From positions 15,385 to 79,384 of the forward strand of contig JAFWVY010000033.1 of assembly GCA_017523725.1 (NCBI GenBank): a stretch of 64,000 bases of DNA, read 5' to 3'. The notes under the pieces were generated by a model. That model saw only the letters and a list, made by a program, of their open reading frames with translations, did no database searches and was not told the DNA's origin. The translations under genes were made by a program, and so were the position numbers. Source of the DNA: Bacteroidales bacterium (lineage in GTDB: Bacteria > Bacteroidota > Bacteroidia > Bacteroidales > UBA4181). Positions 30,267 to 40,046 of this stretch are shown here, piece after piece. Numbering within the stretch: position 1 is the stretch's first letter; every line of letters starts with the position of its first letter.

Positions 30267-33008
30267 ATGAACCACCCGGAAAATAACTCGGAAAAACTTT
30301 TCCTTATCGATTCCTATGCGCTGATATACAGAGCGTATTATGCCATGTTCCGGCATCCGATGTTCAGCGACAGCGGCTTTAACACCTCCACCGTGTTCGG
30401 CTTTGTCAATGCCCTGGAAGATGTGTTGAACAAAGAGCATCCGACGCACATAGCCGCAGTGTTCGACCCGCCAGGACCGACCTTCCGGCACAAAGCCTAC
30501 GCCGCGTACAAGGCCAACCGGCCGGCCACGCCAGAGGAAATCCGGGAGTCGGTGCCCGTCATTCAGGAAATCCTCGCGGCCTACCGCATTCCTGTACTGC
30601 AGGTGGAGGGCTACGAGGCGGACGACGTGGTGGGCACCCTTGCACGGCAGGCATCGGCCGAAGGAATCACGGTGTACATGATGACCCCCGACAAGGATTA
30701 CGTGCAGCTCGTCGGCGACCGGGTGCTGCTCTACAAGCCCCGGCACGGCGGGTCGGACATCGAAGTGCTGGATGCGGCGGCGGCCTGTGCCGGCTATGGC
30801 ATCTCTTCGCCCCGGCAGATGATCGACCTGCTGGCCCTGATGGGCGATGCGTCCGATAATGTGCCCGGCGCCAAGGGCATCGGACAGAAAGGCGCCGTCA
30901 ATCTGCTGAAGACCTACGGCTCGGTCGAATCGCTGCTGGCGCATGTGGACGAACTCAAGGGGAGCATTAAAGAAAAGGTTATAGAAAGTCACGATAATAT
31001 TCTACTTTCTAAGGAATTAGTTACGATTAAGACGGATGTTCCGATTCAGTTCTCCGCAGATTGCTGCCGGCTCCGTACACCGGACTACGACCGGCTCGTG
31101 CCGCTGTTCCGGAAATACAGCTTCCGCTCCTTCCTGACACGTCTCAACGAACGTCGGCTGGCGGAATCGCCCGATGCGCCGCCCGTGCAGGCCGTCCCCG
31201 GGCAGCCGCGCCGTCCCCGTGCATGCCATACCGTCGATACGGAAGCCGATTGCCGGCAACTGGCGAAGCGGCTCGCAGGCAGCCGGGACGTGTGCTTCCA
31301 GGTTGTCCAGTCCTCGTCGGACGTCTTCACCGCCGACATCACCGGTCTGGTGCTGACCGACACAGGCGACGAAGTCTGGTACGTACCGGTGCCGGCCGGG
31401 CGGGATGCCTCCGCACGATGGCTCGCGCCTTTCAAATCTTTGTTCGAAAGCAGGGACATCCGCAAGACAGGCTATGACCTGAAGCCCGGCATCAAGGCCC
31501 TGGCCCTGCGCGGCATCCGGGCGGGCGGACCGTTGTTCGATGTGCTCATCGCGCACTATCTGCTGCAGCCGGAGCGGCGGCACGACCTGTTCCTGCTTGC
31601 CTCGGAATACCTGCACTACGAGCCTGCGAAAAACGATTACAATCTGGATCGCCGGACCCTCGATACGCTGTTTTCGGACGCCGATACCGCGGCGCCGGTA
31701 GACTGCCTGGCAGAGCAGACGGCCGTGGCGGCCGCACTTTGCCCGTTGCTCGAAACGGCGCTGCAGCAGGTGGACATGACCCGGCTGGCGGAGGAAGTCG
31801 AAATGCCGCTGATCGCCGTGCTGGCCGACATGGAATTGGAAGGGGTGTCGTTCTCGAAAGAAAACATGGTCGATTTCGCCGCATCGCTGCAGAAAGAAGC
31901 CGCTGAACTCGAGCGTCAAGTCTTCGACTGGGCCGGCACGGAGTTCAACCTGTCGTCGCCCAAGCAGCTGGGAGAGATCCTGGCGGACCGGCTGCAGCTG
32001 TCCGACCGGATCAAGAAGACCAAGACCCGGCAGATGTCCACCAGCGAGGAAGTCCTGCTGACACTGGCCGACAAGCATCCGGTGGTGAACACCATCCTGG
32101 CCTACCGCTCGGTGAAAAAACTGCTCTCGACCTATGTCGAAGCCCTGCCGCAGATGATATCCCCCGTCACCGGCCGTATCCATACGACCTTCAACCAGGC
32201 CGTCACCGCCACCGGGCGCCTGAGTTCCGCCGATCCGAACCTGCAGAACATCCCGGTGCGCGAAGCCCGGGGGAGGGAAATGCGCAAAGCCTTCGTGCCT
32301 TCGCATACCGACTCTGTCCTGCTGGCTGCCGACTATTCGCAGATAGAATTACGGCTCATGGCGGCCATCAGCGGCGACGAATCGATGCTGCATGCCTTTG
32401 CCCACGACGTGGACATTCATGCCATGACGGCCTCGAAAATATACAATACGCCCCTCCCCGAGGTCACGCGCGAAATGCGCAGCAAGGCCAAGACTGCCAA
32501 TTTCGGCATCATCTACGGCATTTCGGCCTTCGGGCTGGCGCAGCGCATGCACATCCCGCGGTCTGAGGCGACCACATTCATCGCCGACTATTTCCGCGTA
32601 TTTCCCGGCGTGCACCGGTACATGCAGGACGCTGTGGCCGAAGCAGCGCGTCAGGGATTTGTCACGACGCTGATGGGACGCCGGCGCTATCTGCCGGACA
32701 TCAACTCGCGCAACGCCAACGTGCGGGGCATGGCCGAACGGAACGCCATCAACGCCCCCATCCAGGGCACGGCCGCCGACATCATCAAGAAGGCCATGGT
32801 GACCATCCACCGGGAACTTCTGGCGCGCGGCCTCCGTTCCCGCATGATCCTGCAGGTGCACGACGAACTGGTGTTCGATGTGTTCCTTTCCGAGAAAGAC
32901 GAAGTGACGGCGCTCGTGAAGGACGCCATGGAAAACGCCATGCCGCTGCAGGTGCCGCTCACGGTATCGGCCGGGACGGGAACCAACTGGCTGGAAGCCC
33001 ATGCCTGA
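30267..33008 (+). CDS. polA: DNA polymerase I
   Basis: ORF 30102..33008 trimmed to MNHPENNSEKLFLIDSYALIYRAYYA (5'-nuclease). Polymerase motifs DYSQIELR, KTANFGIIYG and QVHDELVF are present. Confidence 0.97.
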   Translation: MNHPENNSEKLFLIDSYALIYRAYYAMFRHPMFSDSGFNTSTVFGFVNALEDVLNKEHPTHIAAVFDPPGPTFRHKAYAAYKANRPATPEEIRESVPVIQEILAAYRIPVLQVEGYEADDVVGTLARQASAEGITVYMMTPDKDYVQLVGDRVLLYKPRHGGSDIEVLDAAAACAGYGISSPRQMIDLLALMGDASDNVPGAKGIGQKGAVNLLKTYGSVESLLAHVDELKGSIKEKVIESHDNILLSKELVTIKTDVPIQFSADCCRLRTPDYDRLVPLFRKYSFRSFLTRLNERRLAESPDAPPVQAVPGQPRRPRACHTVDTEADCRQLAKRLAGSRDVCFQVVQSSSDVFTADITGLVLTDTGDEVWYVPVPAGRDASARWLAPFKSLFESRDIRKTGYDLKPGIKALALRGIRAGGPLFDVLIAHYLLQPERRHDLFLLASEYLHYEPAKNDYNLDRRTLDTLFSDADTAAPVDCLAEQTAVAAALCPLLETALQQVDMTRLAEEVEMPLIAVLADMELEGVSFSKENMVDFAASLQKEAAELERQVFDWAGTEFNLSSPKQLGEILADRLQLSDRIKKTKTRQMSTSEEVLLTLADKHPVVNTILAYRSVKKLLSTYVEALPQMISPVTGRIHTTFNQAVTATGRLSSADPNLQNIPVREARGREMRKAFVPSHTDSVLLAADYSQIELRLMAAISGDESMLHAFAHDVDIHAMTASKIYNTPLPEVTREMRSKAKTANFGIIYGISAFGLAQRMHIPRSEATTFIADYFRVFPGVHRYMQDAVAEAARQGFVTTLMGRRRYLPDINSRNANVRGMAERNAINAPIQGTAADIIKKAMVTIHRELLARGLRSRMILQVHDELVFDVFLSEKDEVTALVKDAMENAMPLQVPLTVSAGTGTNWLEAHA

Positions 33009-33075
33009 CATGGAATGCGTTGAGTGCGCATTCACATTATGGTTTGAAAAAAATAGCTACCTTTGCGCGCGCTCA

Positions 33076-33157
33076 GCGGACGTGTCGTAATTGGTAGCCG
33101 AGCCAGACTTAGGATCTGGTGCCGCAAGGCGTGAGGGTTCGAGTCCCTCCGTCCGTA
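33076..33157 (+). tRNA. tRNA-Leu (anticodon TAG), type II
   Basis: Acceptor GCGGACG/CGTCCGT, anticodon stem CCAGA/TCTGG with loop CTTAGGA, long variable arm, T arm GAGGG-TTCGAGT-CCCTC. A TACCTTTG -7 box lies at 33058-33065. Confidence 0.88.
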
Positions 33158-33177
33158 CGAACATAAACACAGAGGAT

Positions 33178-34551
33178 ATGAACATAACAAAAGAAACCGT
33201 CGGCAGCCAGCATGCTGTCTTGAAAGTGCAGTTGACGCCCGAAGATTATGCTTCGCAAGTGGAGCAGGGCCTGAAAGGATACAAGAAATCAGCCCGCCTG
33301 CCGGGCTTCCGTCCGGGACATGTGCCCGACGGCATCATCCGGAAAATGTACGGCAAGTATGTACTGATGGACGAAGTCGGCAAGGTGACGTCCGAAGCGA
33401 TAACGAAATATATTTCCGACGAGAAACTGCAGCTGCTGGGCGACCCGCTGCCGGTCGAAAACGAGGAACCCGTCGACTGGAAATACGACGGCGACTATGC
33501 GTTCTCCTTCGAAATCGGCATTGCGCCCCAGCCCGACATACAACTGTCGAAGGACGACAAGATCAAGGCTTACGAAATCCAGCCCGACCAGGAGATGGAG
33601 GATGCCTATATCCGCAACTACGCCCGCCGTTTCGGCCAGTTCGTCTCGCGCGACACGGTCTCCGAAGGCGACGAGATGCTCAAGGGCAAGATGGTCGAAC
33701 TGAACGAAGACAAGACCCCGAAAGAAGGCGGCGTCGTCAAGGAAGAGGCCTCGATATACCTGGAATTCCTGAAGGACGAAGAGACCAGGAAACAGTTCAT
33801 CGGCCGCAAAGCCGGTGACGAAGTCATCATAGAACTGCAGAAGGCCTTCCCGAACGAAGTCGAAATCTCCTCGATGCTGGGCATCGACAAGGCTGCCGTG
33901 AAAGACCTGCAGCCGCAGTTCTCGTTCACGCTGGCCACCGTGGCCCGTTTTGAGAACGCAGCGCTCGACACGGAGTTGTTCGACAAAGTGTACGGCGAAG
34001 GGCAGGTGAAGACCGAGGACGAGTTCCGCGGCCGCATCCGCGAGGAAATCGCGCAGCATCTCGCCGAGGATGCCGAATACAAATTCCGGGTGGATGTCCG
34101 CAGCGCGCTGCTGGACAAGTTCCCGATGGAACTGCCGGAAGAATTCCTCAAGAAATGGATGCGGAAGCAGGCCAAGGACGAGAAGGAACAGACGGCCGCC
34201 GACAGCGATTACGAAGGATTCTCCCGCGACCTCAAATGGCAGATTATTGTCAACGAAATTATCCGTGCCCAGAAAATCGAGATAGGTGAAAACGACGTCG
34301 TGGCGTTTGCCCGCGACATCGCCCGCCGCCAGTTCGCCCAGTACGGCATGCTGAACGTGCCCGATGAGAACATCGAAGGTTATGCCCGGACCATGCTCCA
34401 GAACGAGCAGGAAGCCCGCCGTATTTTCGAGCAGCTGTGCGAACAGCGTGCGCTGCAGTATGTCCGCGAGACGGTGACGCTGGATACCGCGAAAGTCTCG
34501 ATGGACGAGTACCGCAGCATGCTGGCCGCCGAACAGCCGCAAAGCAAATAA
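33178..34551 (+). CDS. tig: trigger factor
   Basis: ORF trimmed to MNITKETVGSQHAVLKVQLTPEDY so it does not overlap the tRNA. GFRPGHVP motif and position upstream of clpP-clpX. Confidence 0.93.
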   Translation: MNITKETVGSQHAVLKVQLTPEDYASQVEQGLKGYKKSARLPGFRPGHVPDGIIRKMYGKYVLMDEVGKVTSEAITKYISDEKLQLLGDPLPVENEEPVDWKYDGDYAFSFEIGIAPQPDIQLSKDDKIKAYEIQPDQEMEDAYIRNYARRFGQFVSRDTVSEGDEMLKGKMVELNEDKTPKEGGVVKEEASIYLEFLKDEETRKQFIGRKAGDEVIIELQKAFPNEVEISSMLGIDKAAVKDLQPQFSFTLATVARFENAALDTELFDKVYGEGQVKTEDEFRGRIREEIAQHLAEDAEYKFRVDVRSALLDKFPMELPEEFLKKWMRKQAKDEKEQTAADSDYEGFSRDLKWQIIVNEIIRAQKIEIGENDVVAFARDIARRQFAQYGMLNVPDENIEGYARTMLQNEQEARRIFEQLCEQRALQYVRETVTLDTAKVSMDEYRSMLAAEQPQSK

Positions 34552-34561
34552 AACCAAAGCC

Positions 34562-35242
34562 ATGAAACAGGACGAATTTCTGAAATATGCCGTCAGGCAC
34601 CAGGGTATCGGCAGCATGACCATGCACCGCTACATGTCGGCCGTGGCCGGCTATGTCTCGCCCACCATCATCGAGGAACGCCCGCTCAACGTAGCTTCGA
34701 TGGACGTCTTTTCCCGCTTGATGATGGACCGCATCATCTTCCTCGGCGCACCCATCGACGACGAAGTGGCCAACATCATCCAGGCCCAGTTGCTGTTCCT
34801 CGATTCGGCCGATCCCGACCGCGACATCCAGATTTACCTCAATACGCCCGGAGGTTCTGTCAGTGCCGGTCTGGGCATCTACGACACCATGCAGTGGATC
34901 CACGCCGATGTGGCGACCATCTGCACGGGCATGGCCGCTTCGATGGGGTCGGTGCTGCTCTGCGCCGGCGCCCCCGGCAAGCGCTCCTGCCTGCGCCACT
35001 CCCGGGTGATGATCCATCAGCCGATGGGCGGTGTCGAAGGACAGGCCTCCGACATGGAAATCACGGTGCGCGAAATCCTGAAACTGAAGAAAGAACTTTA
35101 CACCATCATCTCCGAACACAGCGGGAAACCGTATGCCCAGGTGGAGAAAGATGCCGACCGCGACTATTGGATGACCGCGGAAGAGGCAAAGGCCTATGGC
35201 ATGATAGATGAGGTGTTGTACCATCCGAAAACCAAGAAATAA
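34562..35242 (+). CDS. clpP: ATP-dependent Clp protease proteolytic subunit
   Basis: GMAASMGS (active Ser), IHQPMGG (His), and the expected size. Confidence 0.97.
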   Translation: MKQDEFLKYAVRHQGIGSMTMHRYMSAVAGYVSPTIIEERPLNVASMDVFSRLMMDRIIFLGAPIDDEVANIIQAQLLFLDSADPDRDIQIYLNTPGGSVSAGLGIYDTMQWIHADVATICTGMAASMGSVLLCAGAPGKRSCLRHSRVMIHQPMGGVEGQASDMEITVREILKLKKELYTIISEHSGKPYAQVEKDADRDYWMTAEEAKAYGMIDEVLYHPKTKK

Positions 35243-35245
35243 TCC

Positions 35246-36487
35246 ATGGCCGAAAGGGAGGACCGATGTGTGTTCTGTGGCCGCGGGCGCCGCGAGGTGC
35301 GGCTGCTTATCGGCGGCAACGGAAACTTTATCTGCGACGAATGTGTGGGCCAGGCATACCGGATTATGCAGGACGCGATGCCGCAGATGCCGGAAGAAGA
35401 AGAAGGGGAGCCATTGGTCGGCATCGATGCCGAACATCTTCCGAAACCCACTGAAATAAAGCATTTTCTCGATGACTATGTCATCGGTCAGGACACCGCC
35501 AAGAAATATCTGGCCGTGTCGGTGTACAACCATTACAAGCGCATCCTGCAGCCGGAGTCGGACGACAATGTCGAGATAGAGAAATCGAACATCATCCTCG
35601 TCGGTCCGACGGGTACCGGCAAGACGCTGCTCGCCAAGACCATCGCCCGCTGCCTTTCGGTGCCGTTCGCCATTGTCGATGCCACCGTCCTCACCGAAGC
35701 CGGTTATGTGGGCGAGGACGTCGAGAGCATCCTGACGCGGCTGCTGCAGGTGGCGAACTATCAGGTTCCGCTGGCCGAGAAAGGCATCGTGTTCATCGAC
35801 GAGATCGACAAGATTGCGCGCAAGGGCGACAACCCCTCGATTACCCGCGACGTGTCGGGCGAAGGCGTCCAGCAGGCCCTGCTCAAACTGCTCGAAGGCA
35901 CGGTGGTCAACGTACCGCCGCAGGGAGGCCGGAAGCATCCGGAACAGAAGATGATCCAGGTGAACACCGAGAACATCCTGTTCATCGCAGGCGGCGCATT
36001 CGACGGCATCGAAAAGAAGATCGCGGCCCGGCTCAACGCCCAGGTGGTCGGCTACAAGAACGTGCGGGCCGCCGAACGCATCGACCGTGACAACCTCCTG
36101 CAGTATATCGCGCCGCAGGACCTGAAGTCGTACGGCCTGATTCCGGAAATCGTAGGCCATATGCCGGTGCTGAGCTATCTGGATCCGCTCGACAGGAATA
36201 CGCTGCTGAGCATCCTGACCGAGCCGAAAAACGCATTGACCAAGCAGTATAAGAAACTCTTCGCCATGGATGGCGTACAGTTGGAATTCGCGCCTGAAGC
36301 GCTGGAATATATGGTCGATCAGGCCATTGCGTTCAAGATGGGAGCCCGTGGCCTGCGTTCACTCTGCGAAGCCGTGCTGACCGACGCCATGTACGACCTT
36401 CCTTCCTCCTCCAGAAAACGGCTGCGTATTACGCGCCGCTATGCGGGGGAGAAAATCAGCCAGATGAAAGGCATCGCGCACCAGTAG
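35246..36487 (+). CDS. clpX: ATP-dependent Clp protease ATP-binding subunit ClpX
   Basis: Zinc-finger CxxC...CxxC N-terminus, Walker [18 protein letters not shown]. Confidence 0.97.
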   Translation: MAEREDRCVFCGRGRREVRLLIGGNGNFICDECVGQAYRIMQDAMPQMPEEEEGEPLVGIDAEHLPKPTEIKHFLDDYVIGQDTAKKYLAVSVYNHYKRILQPESDDNVEIEKSNIILVGPTGTGKTLLAKTIARCLSVPFAIVDATVLTEAGYVGEDVESILTRLLQVANYQVPLAEKGIVFIDEIDKIARKGDNPSITRDVSGEGVQQALLKLLEGTVVNVPPQGGRKHPEQKMIQVNTENILFIAGGAFDGIEKKIAARLNAQVVGYKNVRAAERIDRDNLLQYIAPQDLKSYGLIPEIVGHMPVLSYLDPLDRNTLLSILTEPKNALTKQYKKLFAMDGVQLEFAPEALEYMVDQAIAFKMGARGLRSLCEAVLTDAMYDLPSSSRKRLRITRRYAGEKISQMKGIAHQ

Positions 36488-36499
36488 GCGCGCCTCCGG

Positions 36500-37813
36500 T
36501 CACCTTTTTTTCGCAATGAGACAGCGGTCCAGGGCCTGCCGTATGGCCGCCTTGTCGAGGTGTTGTCCGATGAACACCAGTTTCTGCATGCGGTCGCCGT
36601 AGAACGGGTCCCAGTCGCGGGCCAGCGTTGCATCGTTCCGCAAAGCCTCTTTCAATTCCTTTTCGGGCATGGTGGCGAACCACTGTCCGACGTTTCGCAG
36701 CGAAATCTGCCGGCCAGCCTGCTCAAACAGATAGCAGACATCCTCTTCGTCAGAGAAATAGCAGATGCCTTTGGCACGGATGACGCCTGCGGGCCAGTGC
36801 CGGGCGACAAACTGGTCGAAATCGTTGATATTCATCGGGTCCCGGGCGTAATAGACGTAGGTGCCGATGCCGTATTCCTCCGCTTCGCCCTCACCGTGGT
36901 GATGATGGTGGTGGTGGCCGTGCCCATGTCCATGCTCTTCGTGGGCCTCATCGTCATCATCGTCGTCATCGCCGTCGTGGCCATGCTCGTGCCCGTGCCC
37001 GTGCTCATGCTCGTCATCACCGTGCCCGAGTTCGTGTTCATGCTCATGTTCATGCTCATGCTCATGGTCGTCATCCTCATCTTTCACTTCGCCTTCCACG
37101 GCGCTGATCCATGCGGCCGAGGACGCCACCGAATTGTAGTCGAACAACCCTGTGTTGAGCAGCAGGTCCAGGTCGATGTCGCCGTAGTCGCAGGTCAGGA
37201 TGCGGGCCGAGGGCTGGAGCGTCCGGACAATCTCCCGGACCCTGCCCAGTTCTTCGGGCGTTACCTCCGAAGCCTTGTTCAGCAGCACCATGTTGCAGAA
37301 TTCAATCTGCTGGATGACCAGATTCTCGATGTCATCCTCACCGAGATCCATTTGGAACAGCCGGTTGCCGCAGGCGAATTCGTCGCGCATGCGCAGCACG
37401 TCCACCACGGTCGTGATGCAGTCGAGATGCACCGCCCCGGCGGCCGGCGCCGTCGGTTTCATGGCCGGGATAGAGCAGATGGTGCGGGCGATGGGCTCCG
37501 GCTCGCAGATGCCGCTGGCCTCGATGACGATATAGTCGAACAGCTGCAACTTGACGATGTCGTTCAGCTGTTCCACCAGGTCCATCTTCAGTGTGCAACA
37601 GATGCAGCCGTTCTGCAATGCCACCAGGCTGTCGTCGCGCCGGTTCACTACGCCGCCCGTCTCAATGAGCGACGCATCGATGTTCACCTCGCCGAGATCG
37701 TTGACGATGACGGCGAATTTCAGGCCTTTGCGGTTCGAAAGAATCTTGTTGACAAGTGTTGTCTTGCCGCTGCCCAGATATCCCGTCAGCAGCAGTACAG
37801 GTATGTTTTTCAT
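36500..37813 (-). CDS. COG0523 (CobW/YjiA/ZigA-like) metallochaperone GTPase with a His/Asp/Glu-rich insertion
   Basis: P-loop GYLGSGKTT, CxCC motif GCICCT, and a ~70-aa segment DEDDDHEHEHEHEHEHELGHG...HGHGHGHHHHHHHGEGE. Confidence 0.85.
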   Translation of the reverse strand: MKNIPVLLLTGYLGSGKTTLVNKILSNRKGLKFAVIVNDLGEVNIDASLIETGGVVNRRDDSLVALQNGCICCTLKMDLVEQLNDIVKLQLFDYIVIEASGICEPEPIARTICSIPAMKPTAPAAGAVHLDCITTVVDVLRMRDEFACGNRLFQMDLGEDDIENLVIQQIEFCNMVLLNKASEVTPEELGRVREIVRTLQPSARILTCDYGDIDLDLLLNTGLFDYNSVASSAAWISAVEGEVKDEDDDHEHEHEHEHEHELGHGDDEHEHGHGHEHGHDGDDDDDDDEAHEEHGHGHGHHHHHHHGEGEAEEYGIGTYVYYARDPMNINDFDQFVARHWPAGVIRAKGICYFSDEEDVCYLFEQAGRQISLRNVGQWFATMPEKELKEALRNDATLARDWDPFYGDRMQKLVFIGQHLDKAAIRQALDRCLIAKKR

Positions 37814-37819
37814 GGCGTA

Positions 37820-39040
37820 TCAGTTAATGTTCCATTTCTTTTTCCACGCCTCGTAGAGCGGGAACAGCCGTTCGGGCGACGAAGTGTACCAGGAATAGCC
37901 GTTGCGGCGTTCGTGCCCGATGTCTTTCATGTCGTATTTGACGATGCCGTCCCGGTCGCAGACAAAGGGGCGGTTGGTATCCAGTTCGTAGAAACGGCCC
38001 CAGATGTCGCTGCCGGTTCCGGGGGTGCGGTCGGCCAGCCGGCGGTCGGAGACACCGTCTTCGTTGATGAACGTTTCCACGCGCTTGTCGGTGATGCGCG
38101 TCTTGTCGAACCATGCCATGGCGGCATTTACGGCCTCGCGGATCCGGGCGTCCGGATCGGGCTGCTCCATCAGCAGCCGGACGATGCCGACCGATTCGGC
38201 ACCGCTCAGCGACGGCAGCTCGTACGAACGGGCCTGTGCCGGCAGCAGGGTGTTTTCGTCATGCTGGGCGCACCACACTGTCTTGACCCCGTTCTGGACA
38301 AACTGGGTGGCCAGGATGCACTGGATACCCCGGTCGAAAGCATCGGCCAGACGGGCCTTGAGAGCGTCTGTCACCAGTCCGTCGAACAGGTTCGGGTCGG
38401 CGTCGCTGCCGCCCTCCTGCATCGCCTTGATGAAATACAGCACGTTCACCATGGCGTCGTCGTTGTAGGTGATGTGGGTGTAATAGCCATAATCCCGCGA
38501 GAACTGCCGGAATCCCCCGTTGGGATACTGCAGGCTCAGCACAAAATCCACCCCTTTGAGGAAAGCCTTGCGACATACCTCGGTCAGGTCGCCGTACGTA
38601 AACGGCGCAGACGCTTTCGCAGCCGCCCGCAGTACCCCGTCGTTGGCCGTGGTCGTCACGTCGTCGGCCGCCGCATTGGCGGGCAGGCGCACCGCCGCGT
38701 CGGCCGGCTGTTTCCGGGCCGCCTGAAAGAGGTTTGCCAGGAATATCAGTTCGGAATAGGTGGCGTTGTTATCGATGGTCGATTCCGTGACAGCCGATGC
38801 CGACAGGATGGCCTCGCCGCGTTCCTGCTCGCTCATCGGCACATAATAACGGTTGTAGTTCTTGGGCCAGCCGCCGTTGGATTTCTGCAGCAACAGCACG
38901 TTTTCGGCCACCACCATGGCATCGGGCGTCAGATACCAGGCCGCGTCGTTGCGGTTCAGGTAGCCTCCCAGCTGCACCGGCCATGCGGACACTGCCGTCA
39001 GCAACAGCCCCAGGAACGTCATTAAAAAATGCTTTTTCAT
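37820..39040 (-). CDS. PL10-like pectate lyase (PelA/Pel-15E family), secreted
   Basis: Signal peptide, then NGGWPKNYN and TIDNNATYSELIFLA, which resemble PL10 conserved blocks from memory. Not verified. Confidence 0.6.
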   Translation of the reverse strand: MKKHFLMTFLGLLLTAVSAWPVQLGGYLNRNDAAWYLTPDAMVVAENVLLLQKSNGGWPKNYNRYYVPMSEQERGEAILSASAVTESTIDNNATYSELIFLANLFQAARKQPADAAVRLPANAAADDVTTTANDGVLRAAAKASAPFTYGDLTEVCRKAFLKGVDFVLSLQYPNGGFRQFSRDYGYYTHITYNDDAMVNVLYFIKAMQEGGSDADPNLFDGLVTDALKARLADAFDRGIQCILATQFVQNGVKTVWCAQHDENTLLPAQARSYELPSLSGAESVGIVRLLMEQPDPDARIREAVNAAMAWFDKTRITDKRVETFINEDGVSDRRLADRTPGTGSDIWGRFYELDTNRPFVCDRDGIVKYDMKDIGHERRNGYSWYTSSPERLFPLYEAWKKKWNIN

Positions 39041-39136
39041 ATCAATCTGTTTGGATGGACACCGCCTTCCGGCCTGCGACCAAAGTGCAAAAATACAAAA
39101 AAGTCGGCGCCGCGGTCCGGTGGGGCGGGGGAGTTC

Positions 39137-39475
39137 CTAAAGGGCAGGGATCTTTTTATGTCTTGTATTACAGGATGTTGTCGTTTGTACGACGGGTTGA
39201 GTATCTTCGGCAAGAAGAGATCCGGAGAGTTCTTTATATTCGAGAACAGGCACTTTGCCCATCGCGAGAGATAGTTTGACCAATTTACTTATCTTATGGT
39301 CAAAATTTCCATTAAGTAATTGAGAAACATATCCTTTGCTGCAACCGAGATTCCTTGCGAACTGAGCTTTGTTCATGTGGGTCTTCTCCATAAAAGAACA
39401 AAGTTCTCTATAGAGATCGGTCTGAATCTTTGCTATCCAGTATCCTTCACTTTTCAGAAGTTCTGATCGTTTCAT
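39137..39475 (-). CDS. XRE-family HTH antitoxin (HigA-like)
   Basis: MNKAQFARNLGCSKGYVSQLLNG is a helix-turn-helix. The gene overlaps the upstream toxin gene by 29 nt. Confidence 0.75.
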   Translation of the reverse strand: MKRSELLKSEGYWIAKIQTDLYRELCSFMEKTHMNKAQFARNLGCSKGYVSQLLNGNFDHKISKLVKLSLAMGKVPVLEYKELSGSLLAEDTQPVVQTTTSCNTRHKKIPAL

Positions 39476-39869
39476 AATGCTTCGTCTTTTCTGTTTCCTG
39501 TCTTAAAAACTGCTCCTTCATGGAGCGGAAGGTCCTGTAATCCTTCTTCTGTTTGTTTTTATATCCGCCCAGAATGATAATTTTTCCGCCATATTTCGAG
39601 ATGCCATACACTCGCAAATCTCCTTCCTTGAATTCATACTCCTTGACTTTCTCTTTCTTAGGAGTTATGTCCCTGAACTTGGTGTAGGGCAGAGTCCTGT
39701 TATTAGCTACTTCGTTCATATAAAAGTAGATTTTTTCAAGGCATCTTCTGTATTTGGCTTCCAGATGTTTTTCGAATATATCGAAGGGAGCGACGCCATC
39801 GACAAAAAGTTTTTCGAACGATTGCGTTCCTTTGACTGCTTCAATATTTCCGAGAGCAAACGTAGACAT
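39447..39869 (-). CDS. RelE/ParE-superfamily toxin (HigB / phage Gp49-like)
   Basis: 140 aa. EFKEGDLRVYGISKYGGKIIILGGYKNKQKKD matches the Gp49/HigB core pattern, and the toxin-first gene order is typical of HigBA. Confidence 0.7.
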   Translation of the reverse strand: MSTFALGNIEAVKGTQSFEKLFVDGVAPFDIFEKHLEAKYRRCLEKIYFYMNEVANNRTLPYTKFRDITPKKEKVKEYEFKEGDLRVYGISKYGGKIIILGGYKNKQKKDYRTFRSMKEQFLRQETEKTKHYETIRTSEK

Positions 39870-39910
39870 AAAAAAGTTAATTTCAAACTAAACCGAAAAA
39901 TATTTATGCT

Positions 39911-39918
39911 CAAATTTA
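39911..39918 (-). promoter_or_regulatory. candidate -7 box (TAAATTTG on the minus strand) for the toxin-antitoxin pair
   Basis: TAnnTTTG match 42 nt upstream of the toxin ATG. Confidence 0.35.
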
Positions 39919-39968
39919 ATACGACAAAATTAATAAAATAAATATGTATGCATAACATGATGTTTTAC

Positions 39969-39976
39969 TATCTTTG
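39969..39976 (+). promoter_or_regulatory. candidate -7 box (TATCTTTG) for the MG2/CarboxypepD_reg gene
   Basis: Perfect TAnnTTTG about 70 nt upstream of ATG 40047. Confidence 0.4.
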
Positions 39977-40046
39977 ATAACTTTTTACTAATATTGTGCG
40001 TTCTTCCGGCAAGGAAACCGTGAACACCTCGGGAATACATACATGG

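Noticed and set aside
29361-32306. 543-aa (29361..30992) and 429-aa (31017..32306) minus-strand ORFs overlapping the flippase and polA
   Set aside because: They are out-of-frame or antisense artefacts with Arg/Gly-rich, non-protein-like sequence. polA and the flippase account for the region.
33091-33177. N-terminal extension of the trigger factor ORF
   Set aside because: It overlaps tRNA-Leu(TAG). MNITKE... matches the usual trigger factor start.
33289-36160. 444-aa and 633-aa minus-strand ORFs opposite tig, clpP and clpX
   Set aside because: These are antisense shadows of highly conserved housekeeping genes.
36875-37084. Short tandem CAT/GTG-type repeats that might look like a repeat array
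   Set aside because: They are in-frame His/Asp/Glu codons inside the COG0523 gene, not a CRISPR array or satellite. No CRISPR-like repeat-spacer array was seen anywhere in the window.
36560-39025. 821-aa plus-strand ORF spanning the COG0523 and pectate-lyase-like genes
   Set aside because: It crosses an intergenic gap between two well-supported minus-strand genes and has a junk-like composition.
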